This document shows, one piece after another, positions 18,423 to 28,046 of a stretch of 64,000 bases of DNA. Both the position numbers and the translations under genes were made by a program. Source of the DNA: an uncultured bacterium. Lineage in GTDB: Bacteria; Patescibacteriota; Minisyncoccia; Moranbacterales; GWC2-37-73. Every line of letters starts with the position of its first letter. Position 1 is the first letter of the stretch. The notes under the pieces were generated by a model. That model ran no database searches. It was not told the origin of the DNA and saw only the letters and a list, made by a program, of their open reading frames with translations. The stretch covers positions 21,220 through 85,219 of the forward strand of contig CAISKQ010000060.1 in assembly GCA_903885965.1 (NCBI GenBank), given 5' to 3'.

Positions 18423-19616
18423 TTATTGATTATATATCGCTTCAATTTTCTTAGCTGAAATTTCCCAACTAAAATCTTTAATTCGAACCTTGTTAATCTC
18501 TCCTTTTTCTCTCATTTTGTCTTGGCTAGCAGCCAGTGAAAGGATCGCCTGCGCCAAACCTTGTGCACAAGCTTGCTTGGAAAATTCTCCACCTTGCCCT
18601 AAATATGTTCTGTTGTTATGACGGTCAAAGCATGCAACAGGAAGTCCTGCTGCCATATATTGCAGGATTTTTCCACTTGCTTGACGAATCGATGAATCCT
18701 TGGGATCAACTCCGATGTCACTTGCCAGCAAAATCTTTGGCATTTCAAAATAGCTAAGCGGACTAACAACACGAACGTCACTGGCCAAATTATTTTCAGC
18801 GACAAATTGCGAAACTCCTTCAACTGGAAAACCTGCGATAACAAAAAAAATATCCTTATTTTTAGCAAGAACCAACGGAATTGCCTCCAGCAGATAGGTA
18901 ATGCCCTTATTCATAACCATAGCCCCAGCGTAGGTCACTATTATTTTACCACTCGGAAACTCAAATTCTCTTTTAAGATTTTCTTTGCTTGGAAGATTTT
19001 TATGGTGGTCTTGGTTCGCACCATCCAAAACAGTAACAACATTCTTGTCTTTTCTGAAATCAATAATTTCTTGCGTATTCTCATCCGAACTTGTGATAGC
19101 TGCGTCGCCAAGATTATCAATGATTTTTTCAATCAAACTAAATATCTTTTTGAGCATGCCGGCTTGCAAATAGCTATGCGAGACCATTTCTTTCGTCAGA
19201 CTGCCATGAAAATCCGATACTAATTTCATTTTTCGCCAAAAAAGACAACTTTTCACAATCCAACCAATCAACACTCCTTCATGAAGGTGAGCATGGATGA
19301 TGTCTGGTTTTTCAGTTCGAGCAATATTGAAAACTTTTCGAATAAGCATCAAATCCAAAAAAATCTTTTGCCAGTCAGGACCAGCCTCGAGTTTTTTGTA
19401 CCAAAAAAGAAGCCGCCTGATTCTTCTGACGGATATTTTTGTTTCAACGCTTGAATCAATTTCGCTCCCAATGTGATAGGTTGCAATTGTGACCTGATGG
19501 CCCAGTTTTTCTAGCGCTAAAGCCTCTTCGAGTATTCTGATATGCGTTCCCCTATCTGCAAAAAACGGAGTTGGGGCAATAACCAATATCTTCTTCATAT
19601 AACCCCTAGTGTACAT
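18423..19616 (-). CDS. GT4 family glycosyltransferase.
   Basis: MKKILVIAPTPFFADRGTHIRILEE; C-terminal GT4 E-x7-E region (LLASDIGVDPKDSS...GLPVACFD). Confidence 0.8.
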   Translation of the reverse strand: MYTRGYMKKILVIAPTPFFADRGTHIRILEEALALEKLGHQVTIATYHIGSEIDSSVETKISVRRIRRLLFWYKKLEAGPDWQKIFLDLMLIRKVFNIARTEKPDIIHAHLHEGVLIGWIVKSCLFWRKMKLVSDFHGSLTKEMVSHSYLQAGMLKKIFSLIEKIIDNLGDAAITSSDENTQEIIDFRKDKNVVTVLDGANQDHHKNLPSKENLKREFEFPSGKIIVTYAGAMVMNKGITYLLEAIPLVLAKNKDIFFVIAGFPVEGVSQFVAENNLASDVRVVSPLSYFEMPKILLASDIGVDPKDSSIRQASGKILQYMAAGLPVACFDRHNNRTYLGQGGEFSKQACAQGLAQAILSLAASQDKMREKGEINKVRIKDFSWEISAKKIEAIYNQ

Positions 19617-19638
19617 TATATTTCAATAAATTCCTAGA

Positions 19639-22089
19639 CTATAGTCCAATCGTGATTCTTTCCCCATTTTGTGCGTGCCCAGCGATAATTTCTTTGGCAA
19701 CGAGATTTTCTACAGTGTCTTCAATGTAGCGATTGATGGATCTGGCTCCAAAAATAGGATTATAACCATTTTGAATGATTTTTTCAACAATGTTTTCATC
19801 AAAATCAATCTGGATGTTCTTTTCCTTATCCAGACGAGTAGCAAAATTCTCGAGTTTAAGCCGCACAACGTTGGCAAGTTCCTGTTGATTAAGTGGTCTA
19901 AAAAAGATTACGTCATCAAAACGATTCAAAAATTCCACTTTGAAAATATTGGCTTCCACCGTCCAGTCAATGACTGACTTTTTGATTTCTTCAGCGCCAG
20001 CCTTGCTTTCAACCATCTTCTTGATAAGCGCAGCGCCTGCGTTTGAAGTTGCGATAATCAAACAATTGCGAAAATTTATTTTTTCGCCAAAGGCGTCTGT
20101 CACAAAACCTTCATCCAAAATTTGCAGAAAAATATCCAAAATATCCGGATAAGCTTTTTCAATTTCATCCAGCAGCAATAAAGAGTAAGGATTATCTTTG
20201 ATTTGAGTCACGAGTCTGCCTTGCTGATTCAATTGACTTGAACCTAAAAGCCTATCGATGGAATTCGGCGATTGAAATTCGCTCATGTCCAAGCGAATCA
20301 CGTGTTTTTCATCGCCAAAGTATACTTTTGCCAATGCTTTGGCTGTTTCAGTTTTTCCAACACCTGTCGGACCAAGAAAAAGAAAACTTCCAACTGGTTT
20401 CTGTTGATCACCAATGCCACTACGAGACCTTCGTAGCGCCTCAGCCACCTGCGTAACAGCTTCTTTTTGTCCAATCACTTGTCTGTGCAAAACACTTTCC
20501 AACTTTAAAAGTTTCTTGCGTTCCACACTATCAATTTCTCCCTGCTTGATGCCAGTCTTAAGCGACAAATATTCGTCAATTGTTTTTTTGGTTACAAATT
20601 CCTGCTGCGTTTTTTTGTTCCAAAACATCAGCACATCCATCATTAAATCAAGTGCGCGCTCAGGCAAGGGCGAGCTCCAATTACTGCGAGATGAACTTGC
20701 TACAATTCCCCGGAGTGCTTCATACGTAAACAAGACTCTTTTTTTCTCATATTTTTCAAGCTGTTTGAGCATAATTTGAATTGTTTCGGATTCAGTCGGC
20801 TCACTCATTTCTATTACTTCAAAATATTTTGCTACTTGTTGCTTTTTTTCAATCATTTTGTGATATTCATTCGGCGCCCCAGTTGCAATCAAGCGAAAAG
20901 AAGGCTTGGCAAGAAAATCAACCAAAGCAACTGACACATCAGGATGCAGCATGTTTCCTTCTCCTCCAAAATAGTTTTCCAAATGTTCTATCACCAAAAT
21001 AACATTACCCGCACAAGCTGCTTCATAGAAAATTATTCGCAACTGATTTTCAATATCTTGATTGCGATTTATTGCATCTGAAATTACGCGGCTAAGATCC
21101 AAGAGCATTATTCTGACATTTTGAAACAAACTCTCCTGTTGCTGACCAGTTCTGATTTCTCGAGCTAAGGAATGAATCAGGGTTTTTCTGCCTATACCAG
21201 CACCACCAACCAGTAGGGCGCAATTTTGGTCTGGTCGAGTCAGAATCAGCTTCAAAATCTCTTCTTCGTTTTTCCTGCCAACAAGCTCCACATTAGCATA
21301 TTCGCTTGAATCAGATGCTGACAAATCCAGAGCATATCTGTCCAAATTCACCGTAAAGCCATATCGCCATTGCATGCCGATTGGAATTATTTTTTTCAAT
21401 TGTTGCCAAGTCCAAAACTTTGCACTGTCTTTTTCGTGTTGCATTTTTTCAAGTTCCCACGCTACTATTTGAGCATATTCTTCCTGCGAAATACTGCGAA
21501 GTCTTAAAAATTCAGCAAGCATTTCCTGATTATCCAAAATTTCAACTGGAAAATTTTTGAGTGATAACCCCAGGCGACCACAAATTTTCTCAAAAGCAAG
21601 GCTGCTGATAAGTTGGCCCTTGTCCATATTGGCAAGTGGTGCCTGCGTATCTTGAATATAGCAACTAATCGCGATAATTATCCATGTCAACAATCCACCT
21701 AACACCATTAGATTAACATTTCCTTGCAAAGCCAAAATAGGCCAACCAATGATTAACAATGGTGCGCAAATCCAAATCAAAATAACCGCAATTCCAGCAG
21801 CACAAACAATGATAGAAAAAACTAAACCAAATGCAATCACACATAAACGTACGAATGCACCTATCAAACGAGAAAAGACATTTCCGAGCAGCATTTCAGC
21901 TGAGCGCAAGGGTTGCCACCCCCGCCAATTGCGATTTTCAATATCACGATGCCAAGGAGAAAACAGCGTAAAAAAAAGTTCACTAATTGAAAAATAACGC
22001 CAACTGAAGAGTACAGCGTTTTTGTATATCTCCAGCGACTGGTGCATTCCTTCATTATAATACCAACGAAAAAAGATAGGACGTCGCAT
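19639..22089 (-). CDS. ClpA/ClpC-family AAA+ unfoldase with an N-terminal multi-TM domain and a degenerate first ATPase module.
   Basis: D2 intact: GPTGVGKTETAKALA, LLLLDEIEKA, ATSNAG. D1 degenerate: GGAGIGRKT (extra Arg in the P-loop), VIEHL replaces Walker B DE. N-terminal 3-4 hydrophobic helices (FVRLCVIAFGLVFSIIVCAAGIAVILIWICAPLLIIGWPILAL). Confidence 0.7.
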   Translation of the reverse strand: MRRPIFFRWYYNEGMHQSLEIYKNAVLFSWRYFSISELFFTLFSPWHRDIENRNWRGWQPLRSAEMLLGNVFSRLIGAFVRLCVIAFGLVFSIIVCAAGIAVILIWICAPLLIIGWPILALQGNVNLMVLGGLLTWIIIAISCYIQDTQAPLANMDKGQLISSLAFEKICGRLGLSLKNFPVEILDNQEMLAEFLRLRSISQEEYAQIVAWELEKMQHEKDSAKFWTWQQLKKIIPIGMQWRYGFTVNLDRYALDLSASDSSEYANVELVGRKNEEEILKLILTRPDQNCALLVGGAGIGRKTLIHSLAREIRTGQQQESLFQNVRIMLLDLSRVISDAINRNQDIENQLRIIFYEAACAGNVILVIEHLENYFGGEGNMLHPDVSVALVDFLAKPSFRLIATGAPNEYHKMIEKKQQVAKYFEVIEMSEPTESETIQIMLKQLEKYEKKRVLFTYEALRGIVASSSRSNWSSPLPERALDLMMDVLMFWNKKTQQEFVTKKTIDEYLSLKTGIKQGEIDSVERKKLLKLESVLHRQVIGQKEAVTQVAEALRRSRSGIGDQQKPVGSFLFLGPTGVGKTETAKALAKVYFGDEKHVIRLDMSEFQSPNSIDRLLGSSQLNQQGRLVTQIKDNPYSLLLLDEIEKAYPDILDIFLQILDEGFVTDAFGEKINFRNCLIIATSNAGAALIKKMVESKAGAEEIKKSVIDWTVEANIFKVEFLNRFDDVIFFRPLNQQELANVVRLKLENFATRLDKEKNIQIDFDENIVEKIIQNGYNPIFGARSINRYIEDTVENLVAKEIIAGHAQNGERITIGL

Positions 22090-22230
22090 ATTTTGTTTTT
22101 TATAATTTTTGTTTTAAAGTAAGTCTCAACCTGAAAGAGTTTATTTTGTAGGCTCGTACTCATTATACCTTTATTTTACCCCAAGAAAAAATGCTTTGCA
22201 AATCTTAAAAACCTAGGTATAATTGAAACA

Positions 22231-24030
22231 ATGAATACTCAACAAATATCCGCATCAGATTATAATTTACTAACCAAAAAATGCCTGCTTTGGCTTGGTT
22301 TTGGTTGGGTTGGTTTTCTGCTCACATTGACTGGTTTTTTTTATGCTTGGATTGTTTGGGCTGTTTTTCTTGCAGGGGCAATTGCATTAAGTGTTAACTT
22401 ATTCAAAAAACACGGACCATTTAAACTTTCAAGAGAATTGACATTGATTAGTCTCGGCATATTTATTTTTGTCATCACTCTTTCTTTTTTTACTTCGCCG
22501 ACACTTTTTTCCGGTCGGGATCAAGGATCAATAAGTGAAGCAGCTATCAGATTAGCGCAGAACCATAGCCTTGTATTTTCAAATCCTGCGGGGGATACGT
22601 TTTTCAAGTTGCGCGGTGCTGGAAGATCACTGAATTTCCCGGGCTTTTTCTATACAAGTAGTGGAGAGCTAATCACGCAATTTCCACTGGTCTACATCTC
22701 TTGGCTAGCTTCTTTTTATGGAATATTTGGAATAATGGGCCTTACTATTGCCAATGCCGTTTTGTCACTTTTATTTTTGTTTACTTTCTATAGTCTAGCT
22801 AGAGTATTTATGCCAATACGTGGCTCAATTATTTCTTTGCTTTTTGCGGCAACTTCCCTTTCAGTCTTTTGGTTCCCAAAATACACCCTAAGTGAAAACA
22901 TGGCCTTGCCACTTGTTTGGCTTTCCATCTTTGCCACGATTTCTTTTTTGAGAAATCAAAACAGACTAAATCTTCTCCTGCTCCTATCTTCTTCTGTTCT
23001 CCTCATCTTTACCCGTATTGAAGGCGTCGCTTTTTTCCTGATTTGCGCAGCTATCACTGTATTTAATAAGAATACTCGAACCTATCTCAAAAATACACTC
23101 GGATGGAAATTCTTTATTTTCCTTGGTTTTCTTTTTGCAATTTTAATTGCCAATGCCACTTGGGACATCAATTTTTATAAAGAGATAGTCAAGGCAGTTC
23201 TTCCGCCCATCACACCTCCACAAACAACATCGCTAGGAACAGTAGGCGACCCGGCTGTTTCAAATTTTTATATGCTTAAAGTTTTCTACCTCTATGGCAT
23301 GCTTAGTTTTTTTGTCCTATCCGCAGTTGCTTGTATTTTTTATGCGACCAAAAAAAATATCCCTAAACTCATTCCTTTCCTCATAGTGGCGCCAACCCTG
23401 ATTTATCTTTTAAACTCACACATCTCAGCTGACCATCCCTGGATGCTAAGAAGATTTGCATTTTCAGTTCTTCCTGGCACAATTTTTTATTGTGCGCTGA
23501 TTCTTGATGACTGGCAAGAATACTTAATTTCAACAAAAAGAAACTTGGCGTTGAGAGTATTACCATCAATCGTTGCGCTTTTTCTTATCGCTGGAAATAT
23601 GCCGGCATTTCTAAACTTTGTAACTTTTTCTGAAAATGAAAATCTACTACCACAAACTCAACAGCTAAGCAAACGCTTTTCTTCAAATGATTTGGTTTTA
23701 ATTGATCGATTAACAACCGATGATGGCTGGTCGATGATTTCTGGGCCAATGAACTTTCTTTATGGAAAAAATACTGCTTACTTTTTTAACATCGAAGATC
23801 TTACCAAGATTGAATTGAAGTCCTTTGATAATGTTTATCTCATTGCCCCAGACAGCAAAATTACTTATTATGAAAATAGCGCCATTGCAAAGCTACTAAC
23901 TCCAGATGGTCAATATACCCTTTCAACTTCCAGACTAGGCTTGGATCAGGAGTTTACTAATTCAAAAAATAGTTTTCCAGAAAAAAGATCAATCATCTCA
24001 CATGGGACAATTTTCAAAGTTTCAAAATAA
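22231..24030 (+). CDS. Polytopic membrane protein, probably a GT-C fold glycosyltransferase (PMT/ArnT-like), with a C-terminal soluble domain.
   Basis: More than 10 predicted TM helices in the first 450 aa, then a soluble domain. Confidence 0.45.
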   Translation: MNTQQISASDYNLLTKKCLLWLGFGWVGFLLTLTGFFYAWIVWAVFLAGAIALSVNLFKKHGPFKLSRELTLISLGIFIFVITLSFFTSPTLFSGRDQGSISEAAIRLAQNHSLVFSNPAGDTFFKLRGAGRSLNFPGFFYTSSGELITQFPLVYISWLASFYGIFGIMGLTIANAVLSLLFLFTFYSLARVFMPIRGSIISLLFAATSLSVFWFPKYTLSENMALPLVWLSIFATISFLRNQNRLNLLLLLSSSVLLIFTRIEGVAFFLICAAITVFNKNTRTYLKNTLGWKFFIFLGFLFAILIANATWDINFYKEIVKAVLPPITPPQTTSLGTVGDPAVSNFYMLKVFYLYGMLSFFVLSAVACIFYATKKNIPKLIPFLIVAPTLIYLLNSHISADHPWMLRRFAFSVLPGTIFYCALILDDWQEYLISTKRNLALRVLPSIVALFLIAGNMPAFLNFVTFSENENLLPQTQQLSKRFSSNDLVLIDRLTTDDGWSMISGPMNFLYGKNTAYFFNIEDLTKIELKSFDNVYLIAPDSKITYYENSAIAKLLTPDGQYTLSTSRLGLDQEFTNSKNSFPEKRSIISHGTIFKVSK

Positions 24031-24065
24031 TACCGAATTAACTTAATTACTGCTATATTCTTCTC

Positions 24066-24156
24066 GTGTCATACTGAACTTGTTTCAGTATCTACTCACT
24101 TTATTTCAGTCAGTTTGGTGCGTTAGAGATCCTGAAACAAGTTCAGGATGACATTT
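24066..24156. repeat. Paired palindromic hairpins (REP/BIME-like family), locus A.
   Basis: gtcATACTGAActtgtTTCAGTATc and gATCCTGAAacaagTTCAGGATgac, 45 bp apart. Confidence 0.7.
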
Positions 24157-24267
24157 GATGATAGTATAGATTTAGTTAAATTAGTATAAGTTATCGCGCA
24201 CTCGGAAACAAAACAATAATACACTGAAATAGATTATTTACTTCACTAGCTAATTACTACTAAAAAT

Positions 24268-25599
24268 ATGATCAATCTAACACATAAAATGACGCTTCAA
24301 AAGAAATGGAAAAGAATTTACATAGTCTCAAGGATTTTTTTGTATTTATTTTTTCTATTGGCGGCCCTTTTCGTTGGCTACCAGATATTGTTTCCTGAGA
24401 TATCACTGGACTATTCCTTCGGTAACGCAAATTCGCTTAAAAATACATTGGTTTCAATGCGAACAACCACTCAAAATCCTGCTAAAAACGGATCAATCAA
24501 AGCCAGTGACATTCTCTCCTTTAATGCTAACCCTATTGGAAATTTCAAGGATGCCAAATTAAGCTTCGTGCTGTCCAATGATTCAAAAACACCAGAAAAA
24601 GCAACCGTTAAAGCTCGTAAATCCTACAGCGCCTTCTTCTACCCAGAGGGAGCACCACTTGGCTTTGCCAATGGCTCCCTCCTGAGCATCAATGGAACTT
24701 ATTACATAATTTCTGGAGGAAAAACACGTCAATTTGTTTCCGGAGCAGCCCTTGATCAACTCGGATATTCTAGGACATCTTTTTTAAGAGTCTCCCAAGA
24801 AGACCTTAAATTAAATCCTCCTGGTGACAATATTTTAAATGCAACAAGTTATCCCGACGATACACTCATTGTCGTTGGCAATCAATATTATCAATTTGAA
24901 AATCAGCAACTCATCCCTTTTATTAATGACAAAGCCTTTCTTTCTAGGTATGATTCAACTCAAGCGATTCCAAAAAACGAAGACTTTCTGAGTGGCAGAA
25001 GTGTTTCAGAAAATTTTATCGGTTTTGTTGATGGAACACTTGCCTCCTCTGATCAGTCAGTTTTCATCCTTAGTCAGGGTAACAGCTATCCAATTGCTGA
25101 CGCTGCAACGTTTGTAGCTATGGGGTTTGACTGGAATAATGTCCTCCCGCTAACTCCTGCGGAAATAAACGTCTACAAGAGGCAAAAACAATTCACAGTC
25201 GATCAGCCCCATCCAATCGGAACTATTTTTTATGACAAAAATAAAAATAAATATTTTATGATTAGCGATGGACTGAAACATCCAATCGAAAATGAAGCTG
25301 TCGCCAAGACATATACCAAGGTTTCTCCAGTATTAATTGACTCTCAAAGCATTACAAAAAATGTCTCTTGCAAATTAGAAACGGCTCCACTGACCTTTCA
25401 CACCATCGCTTGCCAGTTCAACTTAAATGACATTTATGGCTTTCCTGGCAATGATTACCAATTTGATGTAACTTTCGGAAACGATGTTAAAGTAGTATCA
25501 ACTAATGTGACATTTTATACTCAATTGACTCAATCAAATACCCTAACATCCCTTTCTATTATTAAAAATCGTCTCCAAAACAATTATGTCCAAAACTAA
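24268..25599 (+). CDS. Hypothetical membrane-anchored or secreted protein.
   Basis: N-terminal TM (IFLYLFFLLAALFVGYQIL); ORF only. Confidence 0.45.
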   Translation: MINLTHKMTLQKKWKRIYIVSRIFLYLFFLLAALFVGYQILFPEISLDYSFGNANSLKNTLVSMRTTTQNPAKNGSIKASDILSFNANPIGNFKDAKLSFVLSNDSKTPEKATVKARKSYSAFFYPEGAPLGFANGSLLSINGTYYIISGGKTRQFVSGAALDQLGYSRTSFLRVSQEDLKLNPPGDNILNATSYPDDTLIVVGNQYYQFENQQLIPFINDKAFLSRYDSTQAIPKNEDFLSGRSVSENFIGFVDGTLASSDQSVFILSQGNSYPIADAATFVAMGFDWNNVLPLTPAEINVYKRQKQFTVDQPHPIGTIFYDKNKNKYFMISDGLKHPIENEAVAKTYTKVSPVLIDSQSITKNVSCKLETAPLTFHTIACQFNLNDIYGFPGNDYQFDVTFGNDVKVVSTNVTFYTQLTQSNTLTSLSIIKNRLQNNYVQN

Positions 25600-26032
25600 C
25601 CATCATCCAAACCTGTTTTACCGGCTGACAAAGTCCACAAAAAAAATTATCTCGAGTAGAAATTTTTTAACCTTGATATATAAACTCCTGCACGATTCGC
25701 TGTTTATACTGCTTTTCTCATTCACTATGATTTTAATCGCGGAAGGATTGCTTCCAGGAATCGCAACAGCTCATTTGAGCCTAGCAAAATTGGCAATCAT
25801 TGTAATTGCCACACTCATAGGAATTGTTCTAATCGGAAAGAAATTAGATTTAACTTACGCCAAAACTAGATTGAATAAAAGTAAGCTCCTGCCAATCTTA
25901 ATCACTGTCTCATTCCTACTGATTGGAAATTCCCTCTTGCGTTTTGCATTCTGGGAAAACATCATTATTACAGTTCTTACCCTTTTTGTTTTTATTCTTT
26001 TTTATCATCTACTATTCTTAGAAAGAAAGTAA
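25586..26032 (+). CDS. Small membrane protein.
   Basis: Four hydrophobic segments; ORF only. Confidence 0.4.
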   Translation: MSKTNHHPNLFYRLTKSTKKIISSRNFLTLIYKLLHDSLFILLFSFTMILIAEGLLPGIATAHLSLAKLAIIVIATLIGIVLIGKKLDLTYAKTRLNKSKLLPILITVSFLLIGNSLLRFAFWENIIITVLTLFVFILFYHLLFLERK

Positions 26033-26045
26033 CCATGGGGCAACC

Positions 26046-27164
26046 TTATATTTCTCTTATAAAATTCAGCGTTTCTTGCGCGCATTTTTTCCAGGAAAAT
26101 TTGCTGGCCTGATTCAATCCAGCTTGAATCATTTGTTGAGTCAATATCTTATCACCTAATACACTCTCGATGCATTGTGCTAGCTGATTACTGCTGCCGC
26201 CGTCAAAATAGCGTGCAGCGCAACTTCCTACTTCAGGAAGACTCGAATTTTTTGCCAAGATAGCAGGAACCCCGCAAGCCATCGCCTCTAGTGCAGGAAT
26301 ACCGAATCCTTCATATAAAGTTGGAAAAACAAAGATTGATGCGCTTCGATATAAAATTGGCAATTGAGCAAAAGGAACCCTGCCAGTAACAATGATATCG
26401 CCAGCAAAAGCGCTGGTCTTTATTCTTTGCAAGGTTTCTTGAAAATTCCAAGCAGGGGCGCCGGCAAACACTAATTTCATCTCAGGATAGCTTGCTTTTA
26501 TTTTTTCAAAAGCCTCAATCAGCACAATTAAATTTTTGCGCGGTTGAATAGCCCCAACATACAAAAGATAGTTTTTAGCTTTTAGCTTATAGCTTTTTAA
26601 GATTTTTTCCGATTGACTATCAGAAAAATTCTGGTTAAAAAGTTGGGAGTCAAAACCGTGATGGATAACTCTAATATTTTCCGCTTTAACAGTTGGATAA
26701 AACTTCAAGATGTCATTTTTGGTCGCTTGAGAAATAGCAATTATACCATCGGCGTTCAAAACCGCATAATCACTAAGACTATTAAGCTTGGCTAATTCTT
26801 TCTCTGGAAAATACTCCGGAAAAATCTTGAAAGCCAGATCATGGATAGTCACGACAACCTTAAGTGTCTTTCGTCGAAATTTGGGAATATTATGCACCGG
26901 CATCCAAAGCACCTGCGGTTTATCACAGAAAACTTGCCAAGCAAAACGAGTTTGTGTCCAAAATCGTGGAAAAGGGATTTTTTTGAAAAAATAATTTGAA
27001 AAATTTGGTGGAGTCAAATGCGGATTAAAAGCACCCCTATGATATATATCAAAAGAATCCTGCTGATCAAGGTTCCCAAAATTTTTCAGCATATTTAAGA
27101 TATATACCCTTGTACCATCAATACGCTCATGGTCAAGATCTGCGGCGTGAATTGCAATTTTCAT
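26046..27164 (-). CDS. GT4 family glycosyltransferase.
   Basis: FPTLYEGFGIPALEAMACGVPAILAKNSSLPEV (E-x7-E). Confidence 0.8.
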   Translation of the reverse strand: MKIAIHAADLDHERIDGTRVYILNMLKNFGNLDQQDSFDIYHRGAFNPHLTPPNFSNYFFKKIPFPRFWTQTRFAWQVFCDKPQVLWMPVHNIPKFRRKTLKVVVTIHDLAFKIFPEYFPEKELAKLNSLSDYAVLNADGIIAISQATKNDILKFYPTVKAENIRVIHHGFDSQLFNQNFSDSQSEKILKSYKLKAKNYLLYVGAIQPRKNLIVLIEAFEKIKASYPEMKLVFAGAPAWNFQETLQRIKTSAFAGDIIVTGRVPFAQLPILYRSASIFVFPTLYEGFGIPALEAMACGVPAILAKNSSLPEVGSCAARYFDGGSSNQLAQCIESVLGDKILTQQMIQAGLNQASKFSWKKCAQETLNFIREI

Positions 27165-27195
27165 AAACCTACGAAATTACAAAATTAAATACCTG

Positions 27196-27240
27196 CCCGC
27201 TTCGCTACGCGAAGCTTTGCAGGCGGGCAAAAATACAAAA
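27196..27240 (-). terminator. GC-rich nested hairpin followed by a T-rich tract; rho-independent terminator of the pseudouridine synthase gene.
   Basis: TGCCCGCCTGC...TTCGCGtagCGAAG...GGGCAGG then TATTTAATTTT on the minus strand. Confidence 0.5.
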
Positions 27241-27293
27241 ATTTCGTGTTCCGTATTTACTAAAAAGCTAAGAAGCTAAAGCTTAAAAAGCTA

Positions 27294-28046
27294 TTATATC
27301 CCTAAGCTTTCCAATAAAGTCTTCACTTCATCTTCTCCAAGTGCTCGCAATTGACCGATTCGAAGCCTGCCAAGATTGACATTCATAATTCTAATTCTTT
27401 TCAAATCAACCACTTCCCAACCAAGTGCTGTGGTCATACGCCGAATCTGATGCTTTTTTCCCTCTGTCAAGGTAATATGAAAAGTAAGCTCATCTTTTTT
27501 CTCAACAATTGCAGGGCGAGTTTTAAAATCTTCAAGCTGTACCCCTTGGCGCATAACTTTCAAAAAAATATTTGTTATTGGCTTATTCACGCTAACTACG
27601 TATTCTTTTTCATGCTCCCTGTCCGGGTTAAGTAATTTATCCGTAATACGTCCATCATTGCTGAGGATAATAAGACCACGCGAATTTTTGTCCAATCTGC
27701 CAACCGGGAAAACATCATCGGCAACTTTAACCACGTTAGCAATACTTTTTTGCCCATCTTTCGGTGAGTGCGTCACAATTCCGCGTGCTTTATGATAAGC
27801 ATAATAAACATATTTTTTCAATACGCCTTTTTCTTTCACATTAAGCTCAACTTTATCTTTCTCGAAAACCTTATCACCAATTTTAGCTTTTTTTCCATTA
27901 ACAACCACCAAGCCTTTGGTGATATATTCATCTGCTTCTCGCCTACTGCAATAATTGTTAAGTGCGAGATAACGATTAATTCTAATCGGATAGACTATTT
28001 TTTCTTCCATAATTTCATTCATTAAAAACTTATTCTGCCAAGTCAA
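27294..28046 (-). CDS. rRNA pseudouridine synthase, RsuA/RluB family (S4 domain plus PseudoU_synth_2).
   Basis: VFPVGRLDKNSRGLIILSNDG and HQIRRM motifs. Confidence 0.8.
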   Translation of the reverse strand: MTWQNKFLMNEIMEEKIVYPIRINRYLALNNYCSRREADEYITKGLVVVNGKKAKIGDKVFEKDKVELNVKEKGVLKKYVYYAYHKARGIVTHSPKDGQKSIANVVKVADDVFPVGRLDKNSRGLIILSNDGRITDKLLNPDREHEKEYVVSVNKPITNIFLKVMRQGVQLEDFKTRPAIVEKKDELTFHITLTEGKKHQIRRMTTALGWEVVDLKRIRIMNVNLGRLRIGQLRALGEDEVKTLLESLGI

